Below are positions 12,368 through 25,333 of a stretch of 64,000 nucleotides of DNA, piece by piece. A program made the translations under genes and the position numbers. The notes beneath the pieces were generated by a model. The model ran no database searches. It was not told the origin of the DNA and saw only the letters and a program-made list of their open reading frames with translations. Position 1 is the first letter of the stretch, and every line of letters begins with the position of its first letter. This stretch comes from Basidiobolus meristosporus CBS 931.73 (taxonomy: Eukaryota > Fungi > Basidiobolomycota), in NCBI GenBank assembly GCA_002104905.1, contig MCFE01000077.1:117544-181543 (forward strand), read 5' to 3'.

Positions 12368-14051
12368 TCAGTCTTGCTTGGACTCAAAATCCATTAGGGC
12401 CTCCATGTTGTAATGCTGCCTTAAGTTGTTGATGATGGCGTCTAGATTTTCGCCATTCAGAATGCTGGTGAGATCGAAGAGGGTCAGATTAATCCTATGG
12501 TCAGTTACGCGGTCCTAGCAAAGGGTTGGAAATGGAGTTAGAAGCCGGTGATGTGGGGGGGAGCAAAGCGAGTATTACCTGTGGGAAGTTATATGTGCGA
12601 ATCTTTTCGGAGCGCTCTCCAGTACCGATCTAGTTCATTCCAAGTTAGTCTTATGCACTATCCATCTATCTCTGAGTGGTAGTACCTGTTTGTTTCTTGA
12701 ATCTCTGCGCGCCGTTTGTAACTTCATCCTTTCTTGCTCATAGAGTCTAGCACGGAGTACTTTCATGGCCCTAGCCTTGTTCTATTCCAGAAAAATCGCT
12801 TGAATATGACATCATGAAGCTGGAAGAACTAGCCCTTTCAACTTACTTTATGCTGGGATCGCTCATCTTGCATAGCGACGACAAGGCCCGTAGGAATGTG
12901 GGTAATTCTAACTGCACTGTCGGTGGTGTTGACATGTTGGCCACCAGCACCACTCGCACGATACACGTCTATACGCAGATCGCTATCTCTAATAACAATG
13001 TCTACCTATATATGAATCAAGTTTTAGTCGTCTAAAGTCTACAACCCAAAAGTACATCACACACCTCTGTAGGCTGAGGCATGATTGCAACAGTGATAGT
13101 ACTAGTATGCACTCTTCCTTGACTTTCGGTAGAAGGAACTCTTTGGACTCGATGTACTCCGGACTCGAACCTCAGCTTTCCAAATACTCCACGACCAACG
13201 ATCTCCATTACTACGTCCTTGACCTTGCTGTTGGAATCCTCGCCGCCTGACATAATATCTACTTTCCATTTCTGAAGCCCCGCATAACGTTGATACATTT
13301 TCAGGATATCGTTGGCAAACAACGCAGCCTCGTCGCCACCAGTACCCGCCCGGATTTCCAGCATGGCACCACCTTCATCTGCGGAATCCTTAGGTAACAG
13401 GGAAGCCACCACTATTCCTTCCTTTTCCTTGATAATTTCCAAAACTGATTCCCTTTCTTCTTGGGCCATTTCCTTGAGGTCCGTATCCTCTGACTCCAGC
13501 ATAGTCTCTAATTCGTCTAGTTCCTAAAGTAAATGTGTAAGTATCGTACAAATGCACCAGAAGTATCCGGAAATTTTCTTCTTACACCACAGGCTTTCTT
13601 GTACTCTTGGAAGGGTATGACCACATCTCCAAGGTCACTTAATTCTTTTGAAATCTCGGTCATTTTCTCTGAGCTAAGTTCCATCTATTTCATAGAGAGT
13701 CAAAAGCCTATTCTTCTTCCGGTAACCCCCTCCAATCTTTTCCTTTAAGAAGCCACTTACATTTTCGGAAAGCTCTTTGACCAACTTAGAATGTCGTTGC
13801 TCAGCAACATTCAGATTTTGAAGGATTTTTTCGCTGATAACTGAACTTTTGTAGGTTGCAGTGGCTTTGTTGCATGTGGGGTTAGGTTAAAGCTACCACT
13901 TGAAATGAAGCATACTCGTGATACAAATACCATTTTGATATCCAGAGTAGGAGAAAGGCCTAACCACTGAGCTGATATGGAGTGAGAGTCGGCTTAGCAC
14001 TGACTTTTTATATGCTTTGGGAAGTACAGGACAGTATCTTAACAGAAGCAT
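12368..14051 (-). CDS. MRF1: Mitochondrial peptide chain release factor 1, multi-exon
   Basis: [37 protein letters not shown], and spliced exons [28 protein letters not shown] (GGQ at about 12937-12945) and [25 protein letters not shown]; GT-AG introns. Confidence 0.92.
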
Positions 14052-14305
14052 TGTTGAATTCAAGCGACCAGACACTAAGCCCCACAATTCACGAAACTTT
14101 TGTGAAATTTCAAAATAATTTTCCTCCGAATTAAAATCTTTCTGACATCTTTTTGGTTAAAGATAGTTAGGTTCTGCCAATCTGATTCAAATGAGCTTCA
14201 GCGAATACTTAATTTTCACCAGCTGCATGTCCCCGCCAACCGACATTTTTATATTGGATTTTTCATATTGGAATTTTTGTAACACTTCACACGTTTTCTA
14301 GTCAG

Positions 14306-15337
14306 ATGCCTTCGCAAACTAACGTTTACAACCTGCGAAAAATATCAAATAAAACCATCGTCCACAGAATCTCAAACGGCCTTCGTCTTAGTGGAGATAA
14401 GAAAGTAGAACTTTCCAAATGCACGGAGGTCGAATTAGAGAATTTGTTGAAAAAGAATGAAGCTTTGCTCTCCAACAAGTAATGCAACATAATATACATA
14501 TGCTCGTAATTCTACTCTACTTCAACTCACCAATTGATTTTACCTACAACACTTGCTGTGTTGGAATTTTGTGGGCTATTTTTCAAAGGAATTTAGTGGA
14601 GAATCTTAAAGATAAAGGGGAAAAACTTCGCTTACAAAATGCGGAAATCAGACAGCAACTAGCAGCCATAATGGAAGTCAGTCAATTGGGTGATAGGTTA
14701 ACACAGATGGATCTTTCACAAGATAACGCCCCTGAAAGCGTTAAGGAAAAGATTGATAAACAGTCTGTGTCAAAGAAAACTCATACTCTACTCAACGTCT
14801 CCTCCGTAAGTTTCGATGATTTTTTTACGTCAACTTTGCAAACTGACTCACAGTCAACCTTATATCAGTCAAAAGAAGGTAGAACAAGTTTGGCTATACC
14901 TTTATCGCAGGAGGAGTCATTGAAGTTATTACAAGATCATCGACAAGAATTGGAGGTAAAGACCATTGATATTTTTAGAACCGTTAATGTTCGAGGTGTT
15001 CATTTGGTTAATAGGCTGCAAACATTCAAAATGCTATCGAGAAAATCAAGTTCAACACTAATACTATGCTGCAGTCATCCAAATATTCATATGCTGGCCA
15101 AAGGTAAGCATCACTGTTCGACTGGTTTGAGATATGTTTTCTTAGACTTTTGAGTAGCTATAGGGACGAAAACCCTGATATGAATATGAGTGACGAAGAG
15201 AGTGATGAAGATTCGTACTGTACTGACGATACCGATTCTACGGACGCATGGCATGGTATTTGCACTAATTATGTATCTTGTGCTAATAGATTCATGGAGA
15301 ACTAATCAACCTTATAGAGGAGAATGACGATGCTTAG
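14306..15337 (+). CDS. Gdown1/POLR2M (GRINL1A, GCOM2-domain)-like protein, five exons
   Basis: Spliced model (intron 1 14479-14588, intron 2 from 14956) gives ELENLLKKNEALLSNKNLVENLKDKGEKLR, then LSQEESLKLLQDHRQELEAANIQNAIEKIK, then RDENPDMNMSDEESDED. These match the N-terminal LPDKG box, the LSIEESL helix and the acidic RDE tail of Gdown1 as recalled. Confidence 0.6.
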
Positions 15338-15784
15338 TTTAAGCAACTAGCACTCGAATTTTATGAAGAACTCCTTTCTTGAATCAATTTTTGATCTGTT
15401 TAACGTTGTTTAGAAAAGCAAGAAAATACTCCCCGGCGTAGACCCAGATTCGCCTATAAATCAATGTTGTTTTTTGGAAGTCAGCTTCGATGTTTGTATA
15501 ATAAAGCTTGGTGAAAAATTCGAATTTCATAAAGTTGAGAAGCCGAATAAACAGAGGAATAAAGAGATAGAGCGTCGGGAAGGGAAATTAGGAGGAGGAG
15601 GGGGTGGTGGTGGTGGAGAAGGAGGGGATAGGTCCATCACTGACAGGTTCGGTTGCATCCACCATTGTCATAGCATACATTCAATGCTATGCAAAGTGGG
15701 GGTTTAAATGGACCAGGGTGGGGGCGATGTGGGTGTATTGCCTATTGTACTCGTCAACTGCCGAAATTGTCGAGAATCGTTTGG

Positions 15785-16425
15785 ATGAATGAAGCACAAT
15801 CAGCTACCGACCATCCAGAGTATCATCTTGAAACACAAGCAATGCCCATTCAAGGGAAATGTATCACTGCACCGGGTGGATCTTATGATCCACGAGTGAA
15901 GCAAGGTGGTCCCGAGGTTGCGCGAAAGAGGAATCGGAGGAAAAGAAAGAGGGAACAGTGTGGGCCAAAGAAGCCGAGGAGTGCGTATATTATGTTCACT
16001 ATACACGAAAGGTATTTGTCAGTCTAAGGCTAGCAGTCCTCTGTACGACCACAGAGTCACCCCTTGACTATTGTTTATTCAAGGCCACGCCTCAGTGTGG
16101 AGAACCCCAAGGCGTCGGCTACTCGCCTGCTGAAAATGCTTGGAGCACAGTGGAGAACGCTATCCAACACCGAGAGAAAGGTAAGTGATATTTGGACAGT
16201 AGGGGGAGGGGAAGATGGAGGGCGAGGGTGAGGGTGAATGCAGATCAATCTAACAAACACCCATCATTAATGGTCAAGCCTTACGAAGATATGGCTCAAA
16301 GAGACAAGCTTCGGTATGAGGAGGACAAGAGAAGATGGTACTTTGGGTGCTCGCAGGAGTCAGCAACAACCAGTACGCCGACGACAAGTCTATCCCAGGA
16401 GCTGTTCTTTCAAGCGGAGCTCTAG
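15785..16425 (+). CDS. HMG-box protein (HMGB/NHP6 type), copy 1, three exons, intact
   Basis: Exons 15785-16011, 16084-16180 and 16279-16425 give PKKPRSAYIMFTIHERPRLSVENPKASATRLLKMLGAQWRTLSNTERKPYEDMAQRDKLRYEEDK. Confidence 0.85.
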
Positions 16426-17030
16426 AAGGTGGAAGAGGGGGATCGCACCACCGGATGAGCAAGCTTAGTGACTGCCAAATCCATCCAGAATAAACATGAA
16501 TAGTGTATTCAGAATGAGAGTCATTGAGATTGAATAATAGTGGCGTAAAAGGAGTAAGGTAGATCCGAGTGAATCTAAGTGAAAATTTGACAAGATTATA
16601 AATACAGGTGGTGAGTGATAAGGAGAGGAAGGTGAGATGGAGGTGGGAATGCGGGTGAAGGTGAAGGTGATATGAAAGCGAGTGTATTAATAGATAAAAG
16701 GAGGGGAATACGGAGAATCTCAATGATCTGAGTAATGTGGATCTTATCAAGAAGCTCCCATCACTCATACGAAAATATGGATACCGCAGTATTGCGCAGG
16801 ACGTAAATTTTGCCAAGGAAAATCATTAACGTGATTGTATCAAGATCAAATCATATTAGGCATATCAGGAAGTTCGATTACCATCATTTTTCCACATCCA
16901 CCGATGCCAAATCATGTAGTTCTATTCACATGGGCGTTTCAATATAAGTGACGGCTCACGTGCAGGCTGGTATAAAACGTTAAGACGGCAAAATGGCCAT
17001 TATATCACCGCCATATCATCTCTTTTCACC

Positions 17031-17708
17031 ATGGCTCCTAAGTTTTCAGGAATCAGCACTTGCTGCTTTTGTATAAGCCTTCGGGCTGTTACCTTAACCC
17101 TGGCCTTCCTTGGATTAGTACGTCTAAATAGTTTATCCCTGTTGTATAACTGATTAACTGACTCTTTCCTAACTCCCACAATAGGTTGGTAATTTGCTCG
17201 TCGCTTATGTCAGCCTTGTTCAACCCAATTCTTCGATTGTGTACGGCCGCTTGTTCCAAGCTGGCCTCTCTGGCGTCATTTGTGCCGCCGGTCTTTATGG
17301 AGTCTGGAAGAATAAGGTCAAGATGATTCGCCTGTTCGCTACTTATATTTGGTTCAACCTAGTTCTTGGCATGATTAATGTCATCGTTGGCAGTGTACTT
17401 GTCTTCCAGAACGAAGATTTCATCTGCAATGAGGTTTACAACAATATGGATGTTGATATCTGCCATGAGTACTATTTCAAAATTGCACTTACCTCGGTGG
17501 CCATCTCAAGCCTCATTATCGCTATTGATGTAAGCGAATGTAATTTACGAATAACCACCATCCTTTATTCAACGTGTCTTTTTTCTAGACCTATGCCGCC
17601 ATTGCTGTTTGGTCTTACTACCGCCAAGTCGCTTCACACAGCGACTATAGCCTTATTGAGCAAGAGCCTGAGCAATATAGCGAGAAGAAGTCAACTCCCC
17701 AAGTATGA
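17031..17708 (+). CDS. Four-TM tetraspanin/LAPTM-like membrane protein, paralog a
   Basis: Exons 17031-17117, 17185-17529 and 17589-17708; N-terminal TCCFCISLR, four hydrophobic helices, Cys pair in the loop between TM3 and TM4. Confidence 0.7.
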
Positions 17709-18378
17709 GTCTGAGTCTTTGGAGGAGTCCACCATCCTAACTTGGGTTCAATAAATGCTGTTGGTCACTGATTGGCATCTGCAACTGATGTTCTTTGTTA
17801 GTCAATACCAAGTTTCTGTTAAGGATATGATATCTTGCCATGCCAATTGTTTTGATGCACCTTGAATACTTTTGATGTTTTGTTATTTGTGACAATAAAA
17901 TTTACTGCAATAATCGTGGACATCACTTATGAAAACGCGTGGGATATAATAATATCCTGCAGGGAATACTCGATTTTTATCAGATGGGATTAATGCGTCC
18001 AGCCTTCAGTAACATTAATATCTTTTTGAAAAAGAACACTGCCAAAAGGCATATGCTCAAACAAAGTCTCTACATCGTGTTTGCTAGCCTTGACTAAAGT
18101 CATTATATCATAGGTGAAAAGTTGAATATGCCAGAGGAAGAGAGGAGAAATAAAGTGATGGAGTGTCGGGAAGGGAAATTAGGAGGAGGAGGAGGGGGTG
18201 GTGGTGGTGGAGAAGGAGGGGATAGGTCCATCACTGACAGGTTCGGCTGCATCCACCATTGTCATAGCATACATTCAATGCTATACAAAGTGGGGGTTTA
18301 AATGGACCAGGGTGGTGGCGATGTGGGTGTATTGCCTATTGTACTCGTCAACTGCCGAAATTGTCGAGAATCGTTTGG

Positions 18379-19020
18379 ATGAATGAAGCACAATCAGCCA
18401 CCGACCATCCAGAGTATCATCTTGAAACACAAGCAATGCCCATTCAAGGGAAATGTATCACTGCACCGGGTGGATCTTATGATCCACGAGTGAAGCAAGG
18501 TGGTCCCGAGGTTGTGCGAAAGAGGAATCGGAGGAAAAGAAAGAGGGAACAGTGTGGGCCAAAGAAGCCGAGGAGTGCGTATATTATGTTCACCATACAC
18601 GAAAGGTATTTGTCAGTCTAAGGCTAGCAGTCCTCTGTACGACCACAGAGTCACCCCTTGACTATTGTTTATTCAAGGCCACGCCTCAGTGTGGAGAACC
18701 CCAAGGCGTCGGCTACTCGCCTGCTGAAAATGCTTGGAGCAACAGTGGAGAACGCTATCCAACACCGAGAGAAAGGTAAGTGATATTTGGACAGTAGGGG
18801 GAGGGGAAGATGGAGGGCGAAGGTGAGGGTGAATGCAGATCAATCTAACAAACACCCATCATTAATGGTCAAGCCTTACGAAGATATGGCTCAAAGAGAC
18901 AAGCTTCGGTATGAGGAGGACAAGAGAAGATGGTACTTTGGGTGCTCGCAGGAGTCAGCAACAACTAGTACGCCGACGGCAAGTCTATCCCAGGAGCTGT
19001 TCTTTCAAGCGGAGCTCTAG
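18379..19020 (+). pseudogene. HMG-box copy 2 with a 1-bp insertion in exon 2 (pseudogene or assembly error)
   Basis: Near-identical to copy 1 at offset 2594. GGAGCAACAG at about 18741 versus GGAGCACAG in copy 1 shifts the frame inside the HMG box. Confidence 0.7.
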
Positions 19021-19446
19021 ACGGTGGAAGAGGGGGATCGCACCACCGGATGAGCAAGCTTAGTGACTGCCAAATCCATCCAGAATAAACATGGATAGTG
19101 TATTCAGAATGAGGGTCATTGAAATTGAATAATAGTGGCGTAAAAGGAGTATGGTAGATCCGAGTGAAGATTTGGGACGTTACAAATGTAAGTAGTGAGA
19201 GGTGGAGGTGTGAGTAACAGGGATGAAAGTGAAGGCATCATTCTTGCCGGCATGTTGCTAACAAGGAAAATCACGATCAGATCATAATGGGTATATCGGG
19301 AAGTTCGATTATCATTTATTTCCCCACGGATGAGTTAGGCGCAATTAGATGGATGAATGTTTAAGTGTGGAAGTTTGGATAAATCTATTTCCATTCTTGT
19401 ATAAAACCTTTCAATCGCCGAGTTAAACACACATATAGATACCCAC

Positions 19447-20067
19447 ATGAGCCGTGAATTCCCAACACCTAACAGCTGCTTCAATCTTCGGACTGGCACA
19501 TTGACACTGGCCTTTCTTGGATTTGTACGATTCATTTCAGATAACATATATGCCTAACAACTTACTGATGACTCATAGATTGGCAGCTTTTTCGGCGTAT
19601 TTATTAGTTATCTACAACCGGATTCCAAAATAGTGTCGGCAGAACTTCTTTACTACATTCTGTGCACCCTGATGTGTGGTGTTGGTCTCTATGGCATCTC
19701 GAAGGACAACATCAAACTGATCCGAACTTTCGCTATATACTACTGGGTAAACGTGGTTGTCAACATTGGTGTGATCGTCGCTTGTAGTATTTTTGCGTTC
19801 AAGAGGGTGACCCCCGTATGCAAAACGGAAGTAGACTTCGGCTCTTGCCACAAGTACTATTTCGCGATCGCACTGAGCTCCGTGATTGTTTCGAGCATAT
19901 TTGCAGTGATTAATGTAAGTATGGAGTGCATTCAGTTGGATCCACTTCTAACCCACATGTATTCCTAGGTATTCGGAGCATTTGTGATTTGGTCGTACTA
20001 TCGCCAAAGTGCTATACAGAACAGCTACTACAGTCTGAATCGCGACCAGGATTATGATGAGAACTAA
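19447..20067 (+). CDS. Four-TM tetraspanin/LAPTM-like membrane protein, paralog b
   Basis: Exons 19447-19524, 19579-19914 and 19969-20067, with the same intron positions and phase as paralog a. Shared motifs LRxxTLTLAFLG, GLYG, K(M/L)IRxFA, CHxYYF and WSYYRQ. Confidence 0.7.
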
Positions 20068-21024
20068 GTACAGATATCAGGATTGTGATGAGAATCAAGT
20101 ACAGAGATTAGGATTATGGTGCTTGTGTTTGAATGAATAAAAGTTCTTTGTAACAAAGTGGCCCCTGCGACGATCATTACAAGGGTTGTAAGCACAGTAA
20201 CCAAAGAATGAGCCGACAAATCCGAGAACAGATCCGTTGATGCTGTCCCACTATCAAGACACCAATGGACAGTAAGTACTGTGATTCGATTCAATGGACG
20301 TGATTCAATTACCCACGCAACCACCAATCACCGTCCCTCAGAACCATACCTGGTTCCCAAACGGAACCTTCAGGCATCACGCCAGTCACCCGCACATCCG
20401 CACATCCGCACATCCGTACACCACCACACCAGCAGCAGCAGACATTCTGAGGAGATGGGCTATATGCGGCCATGATCTGATGCCAATTAATTTCCAGACA
20501 AGCTCCGGAACCACTCGCAGCCAAATAAAGTAGGTGACCGCAACTGCCTATTTATCCTCCCGCCCACAGTCGACGAAAATGGCAACCTCACTACAGTCAC
20601 AAACCTGATGGGAGGACAATTCAGGCAAAGCAACCAAGAACAATGCCACAATTCAGTTAGGATACGCCTGGATACAATTGGATACAGACTCGATTCCACG
20701 CTCACCTGCCTTTGAGGGAAGGATAGAAGTAACCGTTGGACCTACTTTCTTGACCCAATCCAAACCCCAATCGTGACGCCAACGAGTACGCTGATCAAAT
20801 CTGCCTCTCCGTAATTCTAGCTACGAGAAGCTCGGGTAAGACAAAGCCCTAATTTTGCCCAACCAAAAGAAAGGATGGCCATGACCTGATGACCAAGCAA
20901 TTGCCCACTTAAAAATCCTTTAAATCCCCCTGCCGTGGTGACAGTGCCCTTTAGCTCTAGACCCGTAGACCCAGCATAGCGGGAGCCTGAGGGATTTTTT
21001 GGGATTTCTTGGGAATTAATTTGA

Positions 21025-21970
21025 ATGGAAGAATTAATGGCAACTTCCGGTAGATCTTGGGAAACCGCGGAGACCAAACTACTCATGGATTTACGCCGGG
21101 AAATGGACCACGAGTTCAGGGTCGTCAAGCGGAATGCGATTCTTTGGAAGAAGCTGTCGGATAGAATGAATACGGCAGGATACAGCCGCACGGACAAGCA
21201 GTGCAAGGAAAAGTGGAAGAATCTGCTTTCGGAATACAAGGTATGGCAAACACGCGCCGCTGTCGTTTTCACCAGCTAACCCGCGCTCTACTTCGCTTCA
21301 CCAGAGGACCGAGGGCCAGAAAGACGTGTGCGAGGGCGAGCAGCAACGGATTTTCCCGTACTACAACCATATCAAGAACATCTTGGTGAAGCAGCCGGGG
21401 TCAACTTTGTCATCCATACTGGACTCTCCTCCGCCGCATCTAGATAATCAGTCGAGCAACTCGCCGTATCATCCCGCTTACAACCGATTTGGCCAACTCA
21501 ATATCCCCGATAGCGCCGAGCGACAATCTTCATCTCATTATTCCTACAGCAATGGGCCCCTACGCACCAGCAGCACCCCCGATCATTTCCGCGACCTCAC
21601 TCATTCTTCACCACTGCGCCAGCAGCAACCTCAACCAAGCCATCACTGGCACAGTCCAAAAGCTCCCAATGTTGACGGGGCGTCGGTGATTTACGAGGTT
21701 TTAGGGCTTATGCGCCAAGAGATCACCGAAAGGCGTAGATGGGAGGAGCAGGTCGAAGCTCGGCAGCTGGAATCGCGACGCCGGGAAGAAGCCCGTGAAC
21801 AAAGGCGGGAGAAGCGGGAGCGCGAAAGAGCCCGGCGCCAGAGATATTACACGCAGCTGCTGACCAGCCTTGCCGCACAGATCTCGCCGAACGCATCAGA
21901 GTTTCTTCCGAACAGGAGCAAAAAGAGCAGCAACGACACGGAAAAGAGCGCGTACACAACGAGCACGTAA
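21025..21970 (+). CDS. Trihelix (Myb/SANT-like, GT-1 type) transcription factor
   Basis: WETAETKLLMDLR...LWKKLSDRMNTAGYSRTDKQCKEKWKNL; intron 21241-21304 joins in frame to ...FPYYNHIKNIL; C-terminal charged coiled coil. Confidence 0.8.
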
Positions 21971-22320
21971 CAATCACTTCCGAATCGCCCGTTTAATGAA
22001 TTCCCCATTTCTTTAGTATAAAGTTATTCCCACTTTTGTTGATAATGTTGTTTCTACTCTCTAATTTGCATTAAACGACGATGAATCGGTCCGTATTAAG
22101 ATGCATTTATATTTGAACAGGGGTGAAGAAACAGGAAAAGGAGTGGTGGTGGTGTGTGGCTCGGAGGATGAAGCCAAGGGAATACTGACACAGATGGATG
22201 AAATGAGGGCAAAACGAAGGGGAAGTGGGAAGAAATCTCGAATGTTCACATTGTGTACATGTCACTGCTAAAAATGAGTTACAACAGAACGAATGGAAGG
22301 ATTAGTAGAGAATTAGTGGA

Positions 22321-25300
22321 TTAAACTGAGGCGCGCTTGACCATTTCTCTGGCCCATCTGGCAACATCTCTGGTGGCAGCAGAGGAATGTCTGCTAGATC
22401 TGCCCTCCTTCAAGCAGGCGCTAATCCAGTCGGCAGCAAGGAGCTGTTTAATTTGGCCGTTCATGAAGGCCTCCGACATATCACCCAAGAGGCCGATCAT
22501 TCCCCGGGTGACCGACTCGGTTCTCTCGGGATCGTTGTAGACCATGCCCATGAAAGAGAAGATATGCTGAGCGTAGGGCAGAAGCAAGCCAGCCTTGTCT
22601 CCGGTCTTGAGCCCTTGGGTGATGCCAACGTACGCCTCAATGATCCCTTCACGGAGCTGGTTGACATAATCGATCATATCGTAAGAGTTCATTGGGATGG
22701 CAGTCATGCCACAAGCTTGCTGAAGCATGCTCATGGAGATGTTCAGATAAGCTTCGTATTGACCACCAACGGCGAGAGCAATATCTCCGAAGCAAGACAA
22801 AATGGTGGGCTTCACGTTGCGGTGTAACACGGGGCTTTGCAAGTTCTGGACAAGCAAAGTCATGAAAGAGTCACAGAAGGGCAACACTTGGTCTCCTAAA
22901 CCACGGCAGATATCCCCAATAAGGCCAACTGCAATGGAGCATAGCTGATGCTCCTCGTGGTTTTGAAGTGCAGAGTACAGGAAAGGCGAGAAGCTTTCCA
23001 GGTAACGACCGAAGTCGGCTTCCAGAGCAGTGATGAGCGAGCCAACACAAAGGAACACATCCTCGAGTACGGTGGAATGTTTGTTGGAGGAGTTGAGAAT
23101 CTGAAGAACAGATGTCATGATTCTATCAGAAAGGCTGGCAATATCCTTGCCAACTCTTCTGGTGATGTTGGTCAGGACGTTGAAAAGGTTGGACTGAAGT
23201 TCGAAATGAGAGTTCTTCTCGTCAATTCCAATGATCTGGTTCTGCTGGGCAATAGTGGCATCGAGTCTCTCCAGGATGGCAACAGCAAGCTGAGAAATGG
23301 TAGGCATACAATCGCGGGAGCTTGTAGTGACGAAAGTGGAGATAGCTTCATAAGCACTGGTGCGTGCATTGGCTTCGTTGCTGTTGGTATCAGTGATACG
23401 CATCAATGCAGTGATGATGCCTTCGAAGTACGGAGAAAGAGGATAGGTCTCAGCATCGGAGTCCCCGCCCAGTTGCTCCGAGAGATTCATCAACGACCAG
23501 CAGCAGTTGGAGACGATGCGAGGTGAGTCGCCCAAGCCGTTCACAAGAGCCATGACAAGGCTGTTAAGGTGAACTTCTGGCTTGATGATCTCAATCAGAG
23601 TGTGGCAGATACGGCCAAGTGTCCAAGCGGCAGTATCCTTGACATGAACAATGGGGTCCTTCATCATATCAATGAACACAGGGAAGGCTTGACTAACAAG
23701 AGGCTCCAAAAGCTTGGGATCAGGACCATCGAGAATCGAGCCAAAGGCCATCACTGCAGCCTCGCGAAGTCTCCATTCAGGGTTGCGGATGTGGCTTTCC
23801 ACAAATGGAATCACGAGGTTGACGATATTGTTCTCCACGCATTGGGCAAAGAGGGAGAGACAGGTGGCCGCAGCCATGGCAATATTCCACTCGTCCTCAT
23901 CGGCATCCTCCTCTTGCTTAGAAAGTAGAGAGAGAAGTACGGGGATGATCTGCTCAAGCGCGGATTGGGCAAAATGATGGCTGACTCTATCAGGCTGCTC
24001 GCCATATTCGAGCGCTTCGGCAGCCTCGGCATCGAGCTCAATCTCCTCCTCACAAACAGTAGACCAGAACTCCACAGCCTGCAGGGCGACCTTTTCTTCC
24101 TCATGGGTCATACCGAAAACGGTGAGCTTGAACAACGCCATCTCCATGTAGTGGCCCATTTTGTCATAGTACAGTTGCATAATTCTGACCAGGCACTCGA
24201 ATGCTGCGACTTGAACGTGAACCTCGGGGCTTTGGGTGGCTTCACACACTACCTGCATGATATAATTACGCTCGCCCTGGTGGGGTGGTAGAGGTACTAT
24301 TAGGGACCCGAAGAAACCGGCCTTACATCCAGAAAATCAAATTACCTCTCTCTCGAAATTCTCTCGGACAAACTCTAGGGAATTGTACAAAGCAGTGATG
24401 GCAGCATGTCGGACCTCTTGGCTGAAAGGAAATTAGAGACTGTGCGTTCCGACAGAGATCACCGCTACTAACCTAGGCTCCTCCTTACGGGCTCCTGTAA
24501 CGACGGCAGTCAAGATCTGGTTAGCCTGCGTGGCCAAAATTTCGGGATCCTAATCGGCCAAAGCAAATTAGCTCGCGTGCTTAATATGGAAGTGCTAAAC
24601 AAACATCAACTCACAATAGATTCGCAGATAAACCCGAGCGACTGAAGGGTAGATTGCTTGAGGTTGCTGTTATCTGTAGAAGTAACATTTTCCAACAAGA
24701 TCTTGATCAAATCAAGCCACTCTCCGCGAGGAATTTCTATAGCGGCAATGGCGGAAACTGCCTGTGCAGCGACGGTTCCGGCTTTGAGCGAAGGTGAAGC
24801 AAGGGTGGATAGGACCTGTTCCAACGTAAACTCGATCAGAAATTGCTTATCCGGGCCGACAATATGGACGTTCGCTTACCGCTTGCTTCACTTGAGTTTT
24901 GGTGTTCACATCGATGGCCAACCATCTCTGTACCATCTCTTCTTTGCGGTGCTCCTCCTGCAAGATTATTAAGTACTAGAACAACGCAAATGACATATAT
25001 CCCGACGTTACCTTGGCGGTGAGTGTATTTTTCAAGGCCAAACCAGCAGCAGTTCTAATATGAGGCTGAGACTGCTCATTGGCGAGTTCTTGGCACAGAG
25101 TAACAATATAAGCAGGCTACAAAGTCTACAGTTAAATTATACACTAAGAAGTTGTTCGAGCAATTGACAAACTTACGAAGTTATCTCTGGCGGCGGCTTC
25201 CAGATGCTGGGTAGCCTCCTCACGGATTTGTTGGTCTACAGAAAAGTCAGTAACTATGCTGCGTAGAAGTTTGCTTGCATTGCCCACCTGGCGACAGAGT

Positions 25301-25333
25301 ATGTGCGAGTATTTCACCGAAATTAAGACTCAT
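22321..25333 (-). CDS. KAP95: Importin subunit beta-1, multi-exon
   Basis: N-terminus MSLNFGEILAHTLSP/DQQIREEATQHLEAAARDNF; HEAT repeats; acidic loop QEEDADEDEWNIAMAAATCL; WRLREAAVMAFGSILDGP. Confidence 0.95.

Noticed and set aside
15785-19020. HMG genes as a zygomycete sex locus (sexP/sexM)
   Set aside because: The motif is HMGB/NHP6-type (PKKPRSAY...PYE.MA..DK.RY), not MATA_HMG, and no triose-phosphate transporter or RNA helicase flanks are present.
20570-20810. Frame interrupted by TGA codons (MATSLQSQT*WEDNSG...) as a selenoprotein or readthrough gene
   Set aside because: No family motif and no SECIS-like structure recognised; several TGAs in ordinary contexts.
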